Below are positions 39,067-48,607 of a stretch of DNA of 64,000 nt, one piece after another. Every line of letters starts with the position of its first letter. The first letter of the stretch is position 1. The notes under the pieces are model-generated. The model did not search any database. It saw nothing but the letters and a program-made list of their open reading frames with translations, and was not told the origin of the DNA. The position numbers were made by a program, and so were the translations under genes. Origin of the DNA: an uncultured Actinomycetes bacterium (GTDB lineage Bacteria; Actinomycetota; Thermoleophilia; Gaiellales; Gaiellaceae); the NCBI GenBank assembly GCA_963772975.1, contig CAVYZH010000005.1:142207-206206 (forward strand), in the 5' to 3' direction.

Positions 39067-40417
39067 GGAGCGCTACGGCCTCGACGTGGGGCGTATGCGG
39101 GAACATGTCGACCGGCCGCACGCGCTCGAGCTTGTACCCCCAGTCGCCGGCCAGCTCTTTGACGTTGGCGGCCAGCGTGGTCGGGTTGCACGAGACGTAG
39201 ACGATCCGCGAGGCCTCGAGCCGCGCGAGGCGGCGCAGCGCCTTGCCAGAGAGCCCGGCCCGGGGCGGGTCGACCATGGCCACGTCCGGCGCACCCGCGC
39301 GTTCGGCCAGCTCCTCGAGCGACGCGCCCACCTCGCCCGCGAAGAAGGCGGCGTTGGTGATCCCGTTCAGGTCGGCGTTCTCGAGGGCACAGGCGACCGA
39401 CTCCTCCGAGACCTCGACCCCCCACACCGTGAGCGCCTTCGAGGCGAGCGTCAGCCCGATCGTGCCAATCCCACAGTAGAGGTCGTAGACCGTCTCGTTG
39501 CCGGTCAGGGCCGCGTACTCGCCGGCCAGCTCGTAGAGCCGCTCGGCCATCCGCGTGTTCGTCTGCAGGAAGGCGTTCGGGCGGACCCGGAAGCGCAGGC
39601 CGCAGAGCTCCTCCTCGATTGCGTCCTCGCCCCAGAGCAGGGTCGTCGGCAGGTTCGTCACCTCCGCCTGCGACTCGTTCGCCGACCAGTGGATCGAGCG
39701 CACCTCGGGAAAGCGGCGGAGCACCTCGACGAACTCGTCCCGGTCGAAGCGCTCGCCCGCCGCCGTCACGAGCTGGACGAGCAGCTGGCCGGTGTTGCGG
39801 CCCTCGCGCAGGACGAGGTGGCGCAGGTAGCCGGTGTGCTCCGACTGGTCGTAGGCCTCGAGCCGCTCGGCGCGCGCCCACTCGCGGACGGCCTCGCGCA
39901 CGGCGTTGCCGAGGTCGGTCGTCAGCCAGCACCGGCGGATGTCGAGCACCTCGTCCCAGCGCCCGGCCCGGTGGAAGCCGAGCGCGGGCCCTTCCTCCGT
40001 CTGCGTGAACGAGTACTCGAGCTTGTTGCGGTAGTGGAAGACCTCCTCGGCGGGGACGATCGGCTCGAGCGGCGGCTCGGCGATCCCGCCGATCCGGCGC
40101 AGCGCGTCGGCGACCTGCTCCTCCTTGGCGGAGACCTGGGCCTCGTAGGCGAGGTCCTGGAAGCGGCAGCCGCCGCACGCCGGGTAGTGCTCACACGGCG
40201 CCTCGACGCGCAGTGGGCTCGGCTCCAGCACATCGACCGCGGTCGCCTCCGCGAAGCTGCGCTTCACCTTCGTCACGCGCGCGCGCACGAGGTCGCCCGG
40301 GAGTCCGCGCCGGACGAAGACGACGAACCCGTTCAGGCGCGCGACGCCGTTCCCGCCGTAGGCGAGCGAGTCGATCGCGAGCTCGAGCTCCTGGTCCTTC
40401 GAGACGGGTGCGGCCAT
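39053..40417 (-). CDS. 23S rRNA (uracil-C5)-methyltransferase, RlmD/RumA family (TRAM + Fe-S + SAM MTase)
   Basis: ATG 40417 inside chimeric track ORF 39053..41851: MAAPVSKDQELELAIDSLAYGGNGVARLNGFVVFVRRGLPGD...CEHYPACGGCRFQ...FLQTN...DLYCGIGTIGL...DPPRAGL...YVSCNPTTLA. Confidence 0.9.
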   Translation of the reverse strand: MAAPVSKDQELELAIDSLAYGGNGVARLNGFVVFVRRGLPGDLVRARVTKVKRSFAEATAVDVLEPSPLRVEAPCEHYPACGGCRFQDLAYEAQVSAKEEQVADALRRIGGIAEPPLEPIVPAEEVFHYRNKLEYSFTQTEEGPALGFHRAGRWDEVLDIRRCWLTTDLGNAVREAVREWARAERLEAYDQSEHTGYLRHLVLREGRNTGQLLVQLVTAAGERFDRDEFVEVLRRFPEVRSIHWSANESQAEVTNLPTTLLWGEDAIEEELCGLRFRVRPNAFLQTNTRMAERLYELAGEYAALTGNETVYDLYCGIGTIGLTLASKALTVWGVEVSEESVACALENADLNGITNAAFFAGEVGASLEELAERAGAPDVAMVDPPRAGLSGKALRRLARLEASRIVYVSCNPTTLAANVKELAGDWGYKLERVRPVDMFPHTPHVEAVALLTRS

Positions 40418-40428
40418 CGCCGCCCAGG

Positions 40429-41829
40429 CTATGAGAACGGGGGATGTAGCGGGAGGATCAGAGGCGGCCGCGGCTTCTGGGTGAAGTCGAAGTCCGAGAC
40501 GAGGTTGCTGAGCTGCGGCACCTCCTCGCGCACCGTCGGCCGCGGGTCCGGCCGCCCGTCGTTCGCCGGGTCGAGCCGCGACGAGCGCAGGAAGTCGTCC
40601 TCGATGAACTTCGCGTAGGCGTCGAAGCTCAGCACCTGGTGGTCGACGTAGCCGCGCCGGGCGTACGGCGAGATCACGAGCCCCGGCACGCGCAGGCCGT
40701 AGCCGTTGACGTCGACCTTCGGCGGCACGACGTGGTCGTAGAAGCCGCCCCAGTCGTCCCAGGCGAGGAAGATCGCAGTCGAGCTCCAGTCCGGGCTGCG
40801 CATGACCGCGTTGACGACGCTGGTGACGTAGCTCTGGCCGGCGGTGACGAGACTCGGCGGGTGCTCGCTGACCCGGTTGCTCGGGATCACCCACGAGACC
40901 GCCGGCAGCCGGCCGCGCCTGGCCATTCCGAACAGCTGCTTGATCGGGACGATGTCCCGGAGCTCGTGGTCGGCTTTGACCGTGGTGAACCACGGCAGCG
41001 GGTTCCAGATCCCGGGCGTGCCGGCGCTCTGCCTCGGCGGCGTGCAGACCATCCCGTCGTCGTCGCAGTCGGGCTGGGCGCCCTTGACGACGAAGTAGCG
41101 CCAGGAGACGTGGTGCTTGTGCAGCAGGTAGGTGAGATCGGTCCACGCGTAGTCCGGCTTGCGGCCGGTCGGGTTCTGCCGCTCGTGCGGCGGCGCGAGT
41201 GGGTTCTCGACCGCGTTGACGCAGCTCGACGCTGCCTGCGTGCGGCAGCGGGCCGACCACTCGGAGACCATGAACAGGTGGGCGGGCAGGCTCCAGGAGG
41301 TGTCCGGCTGGAACATGTGGTCCTGGAGCACGAAGCTCCGCGCGTAAGCCCAGTAGTTCGGGATCTCGCGCCGGTCGTGGTAGCCCATCACGTCCGGATG
41401 CGCTGCGCCGAACGAGCAGAGCGGCGCGTCCGGGCTGACCGAGCAGCCGGTCTCGAGCCCGCGCCTGGCCTCGCGCACGAACCCGTCCATCTTGCCGTCG
41501 TTGACGTCGCGGACCGCGTCGAGATGCTCGTGCGGCCCACCACTGTTGCGGTCGCGCAAGTCGTGGAACGGGTAGAGGCAGATCCCGGTGCGCGGGTCCG
41601 GCGAGCAGACGGTGAAATGGCCGCTGCGTCGCGGCAGGCCGTCCGCTCCTGGATACGTGCCGAAGTAGGAGTCGAAGGAACGGTTCTCCTGCATGATCAC
41701 GACGACGTGGCGGATCTTGTGGATCCCCGCGACGACGTGGGCGTGCGGCTCGTCCTCGTGCGAGAAGAAGGCCACTCCCACGACCAGCGCCACCGAAAGG
41801 GCGAACGCAAGCGGAAGTCGGCCCGGCAC
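40429..41829 (-). CDS. Phosphoesterase-family protein (phospholipase C / AcpA-type acid phosphatase)
   Basis: [26 protein letters not shown]...[12 protein letters not shown]...WGGFYDHV...[15 protein letters not shown]. Confidence 0.9.
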   Translation of the reverse strand: MPGRLPLAFALSVALVVGVAFFSHEDEPHAHVVAGIHKIRHVVVIMQENRSFDSYFGTYPGADGLPRRSGHFTVCSPDPRTGICLYPFHDLRDRNSGGPHEHLDAVRDVNDGKMDGFVREARRGLETGCSVSPDAPLCSFGAAHPDVMGYHDRREIPNYWAYARSFVLQDHMFQPDTSWSLPAHLFMVSEWSARCRTQAASSCVNAVENPLAPPHERQNPTGRKPDYAWTDLTYLLHKHHVSWRYFVVKGAQPDCDDDGMVCTPPRQSAGTPGIWNPLPWFTTVKADHELRDIVPIKQLFGMARRGRLPAVSWVIPSNRVSEHPPSLVTAGQSYVTSVVNAVMRSPDWSSTAIFLAWDDWGGFYDHVVPPKVDVNGYGLRVPGLVISPYARRGYVDHQVLSFDAYAKFIEDDFLRSSRLDPANDGRPDPRPTVREEVPQLSNLVSDFDFTQKPRPPLILPLHPPFS

Positions 41830-41881
41830 GAGCGGAACGTACGCCGCTCACGTTGAGTTCAGGTGTACGCCCGGTTGTGAA

Positions 41882-42280
41882 TCAGCTAAGCGCGGTCACG
41901 TAGACCTTGCGCTCGCGCGGCCCGTCGAACTCGCAGAAGAAGATCCCCTGGTAGCGGCCGAGGGCGAGCTTGCCCTCCTGCAGCGGCACGAGCACTTCCG
42001 GGCTGATCAGCGACGCGCGCATGTGCGAGGGCGCGTTCGGGCCGTCCTCGTCGTCGTGCTTCCACGTCCAGCCGTCCTCGACCACCTTCTCCATCGCCTG
42101 CTCGAGGTCTGCGGCGAGCACGGGGTCGATGTCCTCGTTGATCGTCACGCCGGCGGTCGTGTGGGGCACGTAGACGAGCGCGGCGGCCGCCCCGTTGGCC
42201 CCGTTGAGCGCTAGCTCAACCTGTTCCGTGATGTCGAGCAGCTGCGTCCGCCGCTCGGTCCGAAGGCTGATCTCTCGCAC
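41882..42280 (-). CDS. yjbQ: YjbQ/UPF0047-family protein (secondary thiamine-phosphate synthase)
   Basis: ...VYVPHTTAGVTINEDIDP...NAPSHMRASLISPEVLVPLQEGKLALGRYQGIFFCEFDGPRERKVYV. GTG start. Confidence 0.9.
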   Translation of the reverse strand: MREISLRTERRTQLLDITEQVELALNGANGAAAALVYVPHTTAGVTINEDIDPVLAADLEQAMEKVVEDGWTWKHDDEDGPNAPSHMRASLISPEVLVPLQEGKLALGRYQGIFFCEFDGPRERKVYVTALS

Positions 42281-42297
42281 CCGGATATCCTACGGCT

Positions 42298-43776
42298 ATG
42301 CCGAGCAGCCCGGAGATCGAGGCCTACAGCGCCGAAGCCGACCGCTTCATCGCCGAGCTCGACGAGGAGTACTACCAGCACTACGCGGGCCTGAAGGACA
42401 AGCTCGAGCTCGAAGACATCTACGAGCGGCACGCGAAGCTGATGGAGCTCGAGAACGTGCAGTCGGTCGGCGCGGCGGTAAACGGCGACCGCCGCATCCG
42501 CGAGCTCTGGGAGTTCGGCTGCGAGGGCTACCTGGGCAAATTCACCCGCGAGCACGCCGAGAAGCTCGCCGAGCTGGAGGCCGAGCTCGAGGTGACCGTC
42601 GACGGCGAGACGCTGCCCTTCCGGATGATCCGCCCGGAGATGGCCAACGAGGCCGACCGCGGGAAGCGCGAGCAGCTCGACCGCGCGATGTGGGAGGCGA
42701 CCGAGGAGCATCTGAACCCGGTCTACCTGGACGGCGTCGAAATCGTCCGCCGCCAACTGCCCTCGCTCGGCGTCTCGACTTACGTCGAGCTCTATGAGCG
42801 CTTCGGCTTCCGGCTCGAGGAGCTGGCGGCGCAATGCGGAGCGTTCCTCGCCGACACCGAGCAGCTCTACGAAGAGCGCATGGACCGCGCCTCGCGGGCA
42901 CTGCTCGGGATCTCGCTCGACGACCTCGCGCGCTGGGACGTGCAGCGCCTGCTGCGCTCGCCGCAGTGGGACGAGGGCTTCCCCGGCGACAAGATGGTGC
43001 CGGCGCTGCGGGCGACGCTGGCCGACCTCGGGATCGACCTCGACAGCCAGCAGAACATCACGCTCGACATCGAGCAGCGACCGCAGAAGACGCCGCGCGC
43101 CTTCTGCTCGCCGATCGAGGTCCCGGACAAGGTGATGCTCGTGATCCAGCCGATCGGCGGCGCCGACGATTGGCGCGCCTTCTTCCACGAGGCCGGGCAC
43201 GCCGAGCACTTCGGCAACACCTCGCGCGACCTGGCGATGGAGGAGAAGCGGCTCGGCGACACGGCGGTCACCGAGGGCTGGGCGATGCTGATGCAGCACC
43301 TGACGGACGAGCCCGGCTGGCTCTCGCGCAAGCTCGACTTCCCGCGCCCGGACGAGTATGCGGCCGAGGGGATGCTCTGGCTGCTCTTCTTCGTCCGCCG
43401 CTACTCGGCCAAGCTGCTCTACGAGCTCGAGTTCCACTCCGCGGACGACGTCGGCGGGATGCCGAAGCGCTACGCGGAGCTGCTCGGCGACGCGCTCAAG
43501 TTCGAGATCAGCGAGGCCAACTACCTCGCGGACATCGACTCCGGCTTCTACGTCACCGCCTACCTGCGCTCGTGGGCGTTCGAGAGCCAGCTGCGCGACC
43601 ACCTGCGCGAGCGCTTCGGCAGCGACTGGTTCGCCCAGCGCGAGGCGGGCTCGCTGCTGCGCGAGCTCTGGGGCTTGGGCCAGAAGCCGACCGCCGACGA
43701 GCTGCTGAAGGACGTCACCGGCGCGGAGATCCAGATGTCCGCCGTCGGCGACCGCGTGCGCGAGCACCTCTCGTAG
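42298..43776 (+). CDS. Zinc metallopeptidase-like protein (HEAGH; M3/oligoendopeptidase-like)
   Basis: 492 aa with FFHEAGHAEHF (HExxH). Overall helical and acidic, like M3-type peptidases. Family assignment not verified. Confidence 0.65.
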   Translation: MPSSPEIEAYSAEADRFIAELDEEYYQHYAGLKDKLELEDIYERHAKLMELENVQSVGAAVNGDRRIRELWEFGCEGYLGKFTREHAEKLAELEAELEVTVDGETLPFRMIRPEMANEADRGKREQLDRAMWEATEEHLNPVYLDGVEIVRRQLPSLGVSTYVELYERFGFRLEELAAQCGAFLADTEQLYEERMDRASRALLGISLDDLARWDVQRLLRSPQWDEGFPGDKMVPALRATLADLGIDLDSQQNITLDIEQRPQKTPRAFCSPIEVPDKVMLVIQPIGGADDWRAFFHEAGHAEHFGNTSRDLAMEEKRLGDTAVTEGWAMLMQHLTDEPGWLSRKLDFPRPDEYAAEGMLWLLFFVRRYSAKLLYELEFHSADDVGGMPKRYAELLGDALKFEISEANYLADIDSGFYVTAYLRSWAFESQLRDHLRERFGSDWFAQREAGSLLRELWGLGQKPTADELLKDVTGAEIQMSAVGDRVREHLS

Positions 43777-43787
43777 GTTCGCCGGCC

Positions 43788-44687
43788 ATGCCGCCGCAAA
43801 CGATGCACCCCGACGAGCTCGGGCTGGACGACAGTCTCGTCGCACAGCTGGTCGCCGAGCAGTTCCCCGAGTGGGCCGAGCTTCCGCTCGAGCGGATCCC
43901 ATCCCCCGGGACGGACAACGTCCTCTACCGGCTCGGACCCGACATGGTCGTACGACTACCTCGCATCCGTGACCACGGGAACGACGCCGAGGGGCGGTCT
44001 TTCGACCGTGATGCGCACTGGCTGCCGATGCTCTCGCCACTGCTGCCGGTCGCCGTTCCCGTTCCGCTCGCCCAAGGCGTTCCGGCAGACGGCTATCCCG
44101 CCGCTTGGGGTGTCTACTCGTGGCTCGACGGCGAGCCCCCGGACGTCCACGCACTCGACGACCCTGAGGCGCTCGCCCGACAGGTGGCGGAGCTGATCCG
44201 AGCACTGTGGCTCGTTGAGCTGCCCGACCCGCCGCTCACCGCTCGCGGTTCCTCGCTCGCCCGCTGGGACGAGCCGACCCGGGCCGCCCTCGCTGAGCTC
44301 GAGCAGACGATCGACACCAAAGCGGCGGCGATCGCGTGGGAGAAGGCGCTGGCCACTCCGCCCTGGCATGGGCAGCCGGTCTGGCTGCACGGAGACCTGA
44401 TGCCGGCCAATCTGATCTTCCAGGGAACGAGGCTGACGGGCGTCATCGACTGGGGCCTGCTCGGGCTCGGTGATCCGGCTGTCGACCTGGCCGTCGCCTG
44501 GAACCTCCTGCCCGCTGGAGCGAGAGAGCTGTTGCGTGAGGAGCTGCAGGTTGACGACGCAACCTGGGAGCGAGGCCGCGGTTGGGCCCTCTGGACCGGA
44601 ATCTGCATCCTTCCGTACTACCGGGACACGAACCCCGAGCTTGTCGCCAACGCCCACTTTCGGATCGAACAGGTCCTCGCGGTCTAG
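43788..44687 (+). CDS. Aminoglycoside/choline-kinase-type phosphotransferase (APH family)
   Basis: ATG 43788 inside track ORF 42834..44687: ...GTDNVLYRLG...VWLHGDLMPANLIF...GVIDWGLLGLGDPAVDLA. Confidence 0.85.
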   Translation: MPPQTMHPDELGLDDSLVAQLVAEQFPEWAELPLERIPSPGTDNVLYRLGPDMVVRLPRIRDHGNDAEGRSFDRDAHWLPMLSPLLPVAVPVPLAQGVPADGYPAAWGVYSWLDGEPPDVHALDDPEALARQVAELIRALWLVELPDPPLTARGSSLARWDEPTRAALAELEQTIDTKAAAIAWEKALATPPWHGQPVWLHGDLMPANLIFQGTRLTGVIDWGLLGLGDPAVDLAVAWNLLPAGARELLREELQVDDATWERGRGWALWTGICILPYYRDTNPELVANAHFRIEQVLAV

Positions 44688-44723
44688 TCGCCGCTGTCCT
44701 GTGTAGCTGCATAAGCTTTATGC

Positions 44724-46064
44724 ATGAACAGGACACGGGTGCTGATCGCGGGCGCGGCCGGCCGCGACTTTCACAACTTCAACCTCGTTTACCGGGGCCG
44801 CGAGGAGTACGAGGTGGTCGCCTTCACGGCGACGCAGATCCCGGACATCGCCGGGCGCGTCTACCCGCCCGAGCTGGCGGGTGAGCTCTACCCCGATGGG
44901 ATCCCGATCGAGCCTGAGGCCGAGCTCGAGCAGCTGATCGCCAAGCACGAGGTCGACGAGGTCGTCTTCGCCTATTCGGACGTGACCCACGAGCACGTGA
45001 TGCACATCGGCTCGCGCGCGCTGGCGGCCGGCGCTTCGTACCGGCTGATCTCGCCGCGCGAGACGATGCTGACCTCGTCCAAGCCGTCGGTCGCGATCTG
45101 CGCCGTGCGCACAGGCTCGGGCAAGAGCCAGACCACGCGCCACGTGGCCGCGCTGCTGCGTGAGTCGGGCAAGCGCGTCGCCGTGCTGCGGCACCCGATG
45201 CCCTACGGCGACCTGACGAAGCAGGCCGTCCAGCGCTTCGAGCGCTACGAGGACCTCGACGCGGCCGACGCCACGATCGAGGAGCGCGAGGAGTACGAGC
45301 CGCACATCGCCGAAGGCAACCTCGTCTTCGCCGGGATCGATTACGCGGCAATTCTCGACCGCGCCGAGCAGGAGGCGGACGTGATCCTCTGGGACGGCGG
45401 CAATAACGACACGCCGTTCGTGAAGCCGAACGTCCACATCGTCGTCGTCGACCCGCACCGGGCCGGCCACGAGCTTCGCTACCACCCGGGCGAGACGAAC
45501 CTGCGCATGGCCGATGTCTGCGTCGTGAACAAGGTCGACAGCGCGACCCAGGAAGGCATCGATGCCGTGCTCGACTCGATCCGCACTCACAACCCGGGCG
45601 CGAAGATCGTGCTCGCGGCGTCGCCGTTCCACGTCGAGGGCGACGTGGCCGAGATCGCGGGCAAGCGCGTGCTCGCGATCGAGGACGGGCCGACGCTGAC
45701 CCATGGCGAGATGACCTTCGGCGCGGCCGTGCTCGCCGCGAAGGCGAACGGCGCGGCCGAGCTGATCGACCCTCGCGCCGCGGCCGTCGGCTCGATCGCG
45801 CAGACCTTCGTTGACTACCCGAACGTCGGCGCGCTCCTGCCCGCGATGGGCTACGGGCGCAAGCAGATGGACGACCTCAAGGCCACGATCGAGGCCTCGG
45901 GCGCCGAGCTCGTGCTGATCGGGACGCCAATCGACCTGCGCAAGCTGATCGACTTCGACGTGCCCGCGCTGCGGGTGACGTACAAGCTCCAGGAGGTCGG
46001 CGAGCCGACGCTGGCCGACGTCCTGACCGAGCACGGCCTCATAGGCGACAAAGCACTCGTGTGA
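44724..46064 (+). CDS. COG2403-like predicted P-loop NTPase (sometimes annotated cyclic 2,3-diphosphoglycerate synthetase-like)
   Basis: RVLIAGAAGRDFHNFNLVYRGREEYEVVAFTATQIPDIAGRVYP...AVRTGSGKSQTT (P-loop)...RHPMPYGDL...WDGGNNDTPF. The name is from memory of similar sequences. Confidence 0.75.
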   Translation: MNRTRVLIAGAAGRDFHNFNLVYRGREEYEVVAFTATQIPDIAGRVYPPELAGELYPDGIPIEPEAELEQLIAKHEVDEVVFAYSDVTHEHVMHIGSRALAAGASYRLISPRETMLTSSKPSVAICAVRTGSGKSQTTRHVAALLRESGKRVAVLRHPMPYGDLTKQAVQRFERYEDLDAADATIEEREEYEPHIAEGNLVFAGIDYAAILDRAEQEADVILWDGGNNDTPFVKPNVHIVVVDPHRAGHELRYHPGETNLRMADVCVVNKVDSATQEGIDAVLDSIRTHNPGAKIVLAASPFHVEGDVAEIAGKRVLAIEDGPTLTHGEMTFGAAVLAAKANGAAELIDPRAAAVGSIAQTFVDYPNVGALLPAMGYGRKQMDDLKATIEASGAELVLIGTPIDLRKLIDFDVPALRVTYKLQEVGEPTLADVLTEHGLIGDKALV

Positions 46065-46969
46065 GCATCGTCGTCGCGCTCGGCGGGAACGCGCTGATGC
46101 GACCCGGCGAGCGCGGCACCGCCGCCGAGCAGCGCGCGAACCTACGTGAGGCCTGCGCCGCGCTGCGGCCGCTGCTCACGGAGCGCGAGCTCGTGGTCAC
46201 GCACGGAAACGGCCCGCAGGTCGGCAACGAGCTGGTGCGCCAGGAGCGGGCGGCCGACGAGGTACCGCCGCTGCCGCTCTACCTCGCGGTCGCGCAGACC
46301 CAGGCGGAGATCGGCGCGCTGATCGAGAGCGAGCTCGAGCCGGTCGCCGGCCGGCCGGTGGCCTGCCTGCTGACCCACGTGCTCGTGGCCGAGGACGACC
46401 CGGCCTTCGCCGAGCCGACCAAGCCGGTCGGGCCGTTCTACACCGAGGAGCAGGCGCGCGGCCTCGAACGGGACCGCAGCTGGCAGGTCGTCCACGACGC
46501 GGGCCGTGGCTGGCGCCGGGTCGTGCCCTCGCCGCTTCCGCTCGAGGTGGTCGAGCTGGAGGCGATCCGCTCGCTACTCGCCTCGGGCACGATCGTCGTC
46601 GCCTGCGGCGGCGGCGGCATCCCGGCAACCAGGCGCGGCGAGCATCTCGCCGGCATCGACGCCGTGATCGATAAGGACCGCGCCTCCTCCCTGCTGGCGC
46701 GCGAGCTCGGCGCCGACCGGCTCGTGATCCTGACCGAGGTGCCCGCCGTCTACTCGGGCTTCGGCACCGCCGAGCAGCAGGAGCTACGGGAGCTCGACGC
46801 CGACGACGCCGAGGCGCTCCTCCCCGAGCTCGCGCCCGGCTCGATGCGGCCGAAGGTCGAGGCGAGCGTCGAGTTCGTCCGCGCCACCGGCCACGAGGCC
46901 CTGATCACGTCACCAGCCGCTCTGGGCGACGCGCTCGAGGGCCGTACCGGCACGCACATCCACCCGTAG
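46061..46969 (+). CDS. arcC: Carbamate kinase
   Basis: VVALGGNALMRPGE...VVTHGNGPQVGN...VACGGGGIP...AVIDKDRAS. GTGA overlap with the upstream gene. Confidence 0.92.
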   Translation: MSIVVALGGNALMRPGERGTAAEQRANLREACAALRPLLTERELVVTHGNGPQVGNELVRQERAADEVPPLPLYLAVAQTQAEIGALIESELEPVAGRPVACLLTHVLVAEDDPAFAEPTKPVGPFYTEEQARGLERDRSWQVVHDAGRGWRRVVPSPLPLEVVELEAIRSLLASGTIVVACGGGGIPATRRGEHLAGIDAVIDKDRASSLLARELGADRLVILTEVPAVYSGFGTAEQQELRELDADDAEALLPELAPGSMRPKVEASVEFVRATGHEALITSPAALGDALEGRTGTHIHP

Positions 46970-47035
46970 CCGAACCGTTCTTCGCCCTCCCGCGAACCAC
47001 GCGTGACAACGACCGGGGAGGGAGGAACCAAGCCC

Positions 47036-48540
47036 ATGCACGCAGCCGTACCACGTATCCGCAAACCGGTTGCCATGGCCGCCGTACTCGCGTTCGGAGC
47101 GCTGGCGCTCATGGTGATCCTGACCCGCGCTCCCGGACCCAGCGCAGCCAAGGCGTCCAGTCATTCGGAGGCGCCGCTGATCAGCCAGGACCCGCGGGCG
47201 GACAACACCGACCTGTACGCGTTCGTCAGCCCTGACGACACGAACACGGTCACGATGATCGCGAACTACATCCCGCTCGAAGCTCCGGCCAGCGGGCCGA
47301 ACTTCTACAGCTTCGACGACAGTGCTCTCTACCAGATCGGGATCGACCAGAACGGGGACGGGCATGCCGACATCGGCTACCAGTTCCGTTTCCACACGCA
47401 GACCCGGAACGGGAACTCGTTCCTGTACAACACCGGCCGATCGGGTCGCTCGACAGCCCGAGCTGGAACCGGCCGCAGACCTACACGCTCACGCGTGTCC
47501 GGTTGAACAAGAACGGCAACGCGAAGGACCCGGTCGTGCTCGGCAGCAACATCCCGACGCCTCCCGACAACATCGGGCCGCGCTCGACGCCGAACTACAC
47601 CGCCCTCGCGTCGGCCGCGGTCACAAACCTGTCCGGCGGGGTCAAGGTCTTCGCCGGCCAGCGGGACGACCCGTTCTTCGCCGACCTCGGCTCGATCTTC
47701 GACCTGGCCGGGCTGCGACCGTTCAACCCCTTCCACCTGATCCCGCTGCCAGCGGCACCAGGAGTGGACGGGCTCCAGAAGTACGGCACCCACTCGATCG
47801 TCCTGCGGGTGCCGATCTCGCAGCTCGTGCAGGCCCCGAGCTCGACGGTCGGCATCTACGCGAGCGCAAGCCGCGAGCAGAAGAGCGTCCTCAAGCCGGA
47901 CGGGACGAAGGACGGGCACGGCCCGTGGGTGCAGGTCTCCCGCCTCGGGAACCCGCTCATCAACGAGGTCGTGATCCCGCTGGGCGACAAGGACTACTGG
48001 AACCGGTCGGATCCGGCCGACGACAGCCAGTTCGCCCACTACTACACGGCTCCCGAGGTCTCGCGCCTCGAGAACCTGCTCTACGGGGCTCCTCCGGCCG
48101 GTCACGCGGGCGGCGCGCTCGCGCCGATCGCCGCGACGGGGCGCTCCGATCTCTCGTTGCTCCTGCTCACCGGCGTGCCCGGGCTGAACTTCACCGGCTC
48201 GACGCAGTCGGATCTGCTGAGGCTCAACACGGCGATCAAGCCCGGCGTGAACGGCGCCTGTCCCGGCGGCACGGCCAGCCCGGCCGCGCCCGACCGGCTG
48301 GCCGTCCTCGCCGGCGACCTCTGCGGCTTCCCGAACGGGCGGCGGCTGGGGGACGACGTGGTCGACATCGATCTGCGCGCGTTCGCGCAGGGCTACGGCT
48401 CGTTCCTGAACGCGGCGTTCGGACTGCCGAACCTGAGCCCGAACAACCTGCTCGGAGACGGAGTCGACGCGAATGACGTGCCGCTCTCCGGCACGTTCCC
48501 GTACGTCGCGACGCCGCAACAGGGCTACGAGGTGCCCTAG
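47036..48540 (+). pseudogene. Secreted DUF4331-family protein, interrupted by a single -1 frameshift near 47437
   Basis: ATG 47036 after GGAGGGAGGAA. SSHSEAPLISQDPRADNTDLYAFVSPDD...GPNFYSFDDSALYQIGIDQNGDGHADIGYQFRFHT...FLYNTG is in the frame of ORF 47003..47506. PIGSLDSPSWNRPQTYTLTRVRLNKNG...RLGNPLINEVVIPL...GFPNGRRLGDDVVDI is in the frame of ORF 47503..48540. Confidence 0.85.
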
Positions 48541-48607
48541 GCGACGCCAGAACGACCGAGGGGCCCGGCAGCCGGCCGGGCCCCTCTGTCCCGGCTGAAG
48601 GAGTGTC

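Noticed and set aside
42211-46034. Minus-strand ORFs 42211..44205 (664 aa) and 44718..46034 (438 aa)
   Set aside because: Antisense shadows of the HEAGH peptidase/APH genes and of the COG2403-like gene.
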